A stretch of 64,000 bases of DNA from a virus (Duplodnaviria; Caudoviricetes). Each line of letters starts with the position of its first letter. Positions within the stretch are counted from its first letter, which is position 1. Below, in pieces: positions 62,308 to 64,000 of the stretch. A program made the translations under genes and the position numbers. Location of the stretch: positions 96,001 through 160,000 of the IMG/VR virus record IMGVR_UViG_3300028833_000064, one strand, 5' to 3'. Below the pieces are notes generated by a model. That model made no database searches. It worked only from the letters and a program-made list of their open reading frames with translations, and was not told the origin of the DNA.

Positions 62308-63621
62308 ATTCCACTTTGTACATGATTCCGTTCTCTGAAATGGTCTGAGTACCCTTTGGGAAGATACAACTAGGTTCATTATACGAAACCCTGTATTGTA
62401 CATAGATATTATCCTTTCTGACAAATATCTCTATTTCATCGATTGTCCACACAACGGGACGTTTTTCAGTCTTGTTGAAACCTTCCGAATCCAACTCGTT
62501 CAAATAGAAGAACGATTTGTATTCCTTACCTATATTCTCGATGACAACATGGTCGCCGATGTTATATTTGGTTTCAACCACTTGATTGTTTGTCATTATT
62601 TCCATAGTTATCCTTTTTTTTCAAAGATACTATTTTTTTAAACAAATAATCAAATTTTATTACTCATATTCTTACCGATATGGTATCCGTCACAAAATAA
62701 ACACTTATATGCACTGAAATGAACACCACGTTTTTTTGACATTGCTTCTGCACTTTTCAAAGCGGTTTCTTTTGTGTTATATGTGACTTTTGGTTGTCCT
62801 GTAGTTTGGTTTATATGTGAATTGATGGAGAATGCTCCCCATGCATTACCGGTTATGAAAAAGTTATAAAAGAACCTCTTTCTTTTAACTTGGTCTAAAA
62901 ACCACAACCTGAAATTCTTAAACTTTATTGATTTCATCGTCCCAATGTTTTACGACTTCATCTGCATAATACTCATACACATTCATATAACAACTATGTG
63001 TTTCGTCCATCTTTCGTTTTGCTTTGAAAAGGATAGAAAATATCTTGTATAAAGTATCATTTGATGGAAGTTCGCTATTTGTGTTTTTTTCTTGTATCTT
63101 TAAAAGGGATTCTCTCATTCCATCAGAGAATCCCTTTTTATATCCTTTTATATAAGATTCTGCATCCATTTTAATAAAGTTGTTTTGCATCATCTATGGA
63201 CAGTATAGTCTTATTTTCCAAATCAGACTTGAATCTTTCTGTTGGATTTTCGACACTGTATGCATATTTTCCGTTGAAGAATATATGATAAGTACCATCA
63301 TTCGTCAATACAACATGTGTCCATGCAGATGTCATTGCATCCCCACCGACACCACCGAAACCCAGTGATGTACTTCCCCACATCTGTGTAAATACCCAGA
63401 CATTCTCAACTTCCAAATCGGGAAACGTGGACATTCTATCGTCAACTTTTATTGTCGATAAAGATAAACTTTTTAACATTTTTTCCATAATAAACTATTT
63501 TTGTTTGATTTTATTTTCGTCAATTATCACTGAATTATTTTTACCTTTTTCCATTGCCTCTTTCATGGCTTTTTGTTTAGCTTCTTCTAAAAGAGCGTAC
63601 ATTGTATTATCACTATTCATG

Positions 63622-64000
63622 TTATTCTAATTTTTTACATTCTTCTTCACTATATTTTTCGTGGAGTCTGTTAATCCACCATTTTGTTTTGAATTTCACT
63701 TTCGGCATTCTCTGCCCTTTCAATAAAGAACACCTTCGACAAACAACACCTTCTTTAACCATTTGGTATTTACAATCCGGTTTTGTCCAGTCATTTTCGA
63801 AAATTTCATTGATGAAAGTCTTCGTCAAAATTCCTTGATATATGAGTTCGGGGGTCTCAATGTCTGGATTGTCACAAAATAGTTCAATAAATGGTTTCGG
63901 TTCAATGTATCCCTTTTTTTTAAGGAATACATCAATGAGTGGAAGTTTCATCTCATCATCAATCTGGTGTACACCGGCGAAACTATTCTCACCATACCAT
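63622..64000 (-). CDS. C-terminal part of a probable third nucleotidyltransferase/RNA ligase (runs off the window)
   Basis: EGVVCR...VKFKT motifs IV/V. Confidence 0.55.
   Translation of the reverse strand, partial: WYGENSFAGVHQIDDEMKLPLIDVFLKKKGYIEPKPFIELFCDNPDIETPELIYQGILTKTFINEIFENDWTKPDCKYQMVKEGVVCRRCSLLKGQRMPKVKFKTKWWINRLHEKYSEEECKKLE

Overview
AT-rich (by eye), almost entirely minus-strand segment of a jumbo/mega phage genome, probably infecting Bacteroidota (repeated TTTG...TAnnTTTG promoters, BspA-type LRR and Bacteroides-type repeat proteins). The standard genetic code fits and no suppressor tRNA was seen. Layout: (1) 1-21.6 kb: Thg1-like enzyme, 1903-aa LRR/fibre protein, thymidine kinase, GMP reductase, fibre-like module, DNA ligase, GH16, C5 methyltransferase and 3 tRNAs. 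(2) 21.6-37.3 kb: dozens of small hypothetical ORFs. (3) 37.4-50.7 kb: a large RNA island with about 37 tRNAs (about 40 in the window, all 20 amino acids, CCA not encoded), two group I tRNA introns, a circularly permuted two-piece tmRNA, many tRNA mimics and several long structured non-coding stretches. (4) 51-64 kb: CCA-adding enzyme, RNA ligases, 2H and calcineurin-like phosphoesterases, PNK-like kinase, NADAR and a second methyltransferase. The main finding is a 9-copy structured RNA module: a covarying AAGAAUC/GAUUCUU-type helix followed by CAGCAA. It occurs in two circular permutations. Four copies are inserted in the anticodon arm of duplicate tRNA genes (three at exactly position 28/29). 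Five copies are free-standing and enclose variable cargo, including an anticodon stem-loop and a T-arm. A YrlA-like permuted tRNA and a near-complete RNA end-repair toolkit lie nearby. All calls are by eye; no database search was run.
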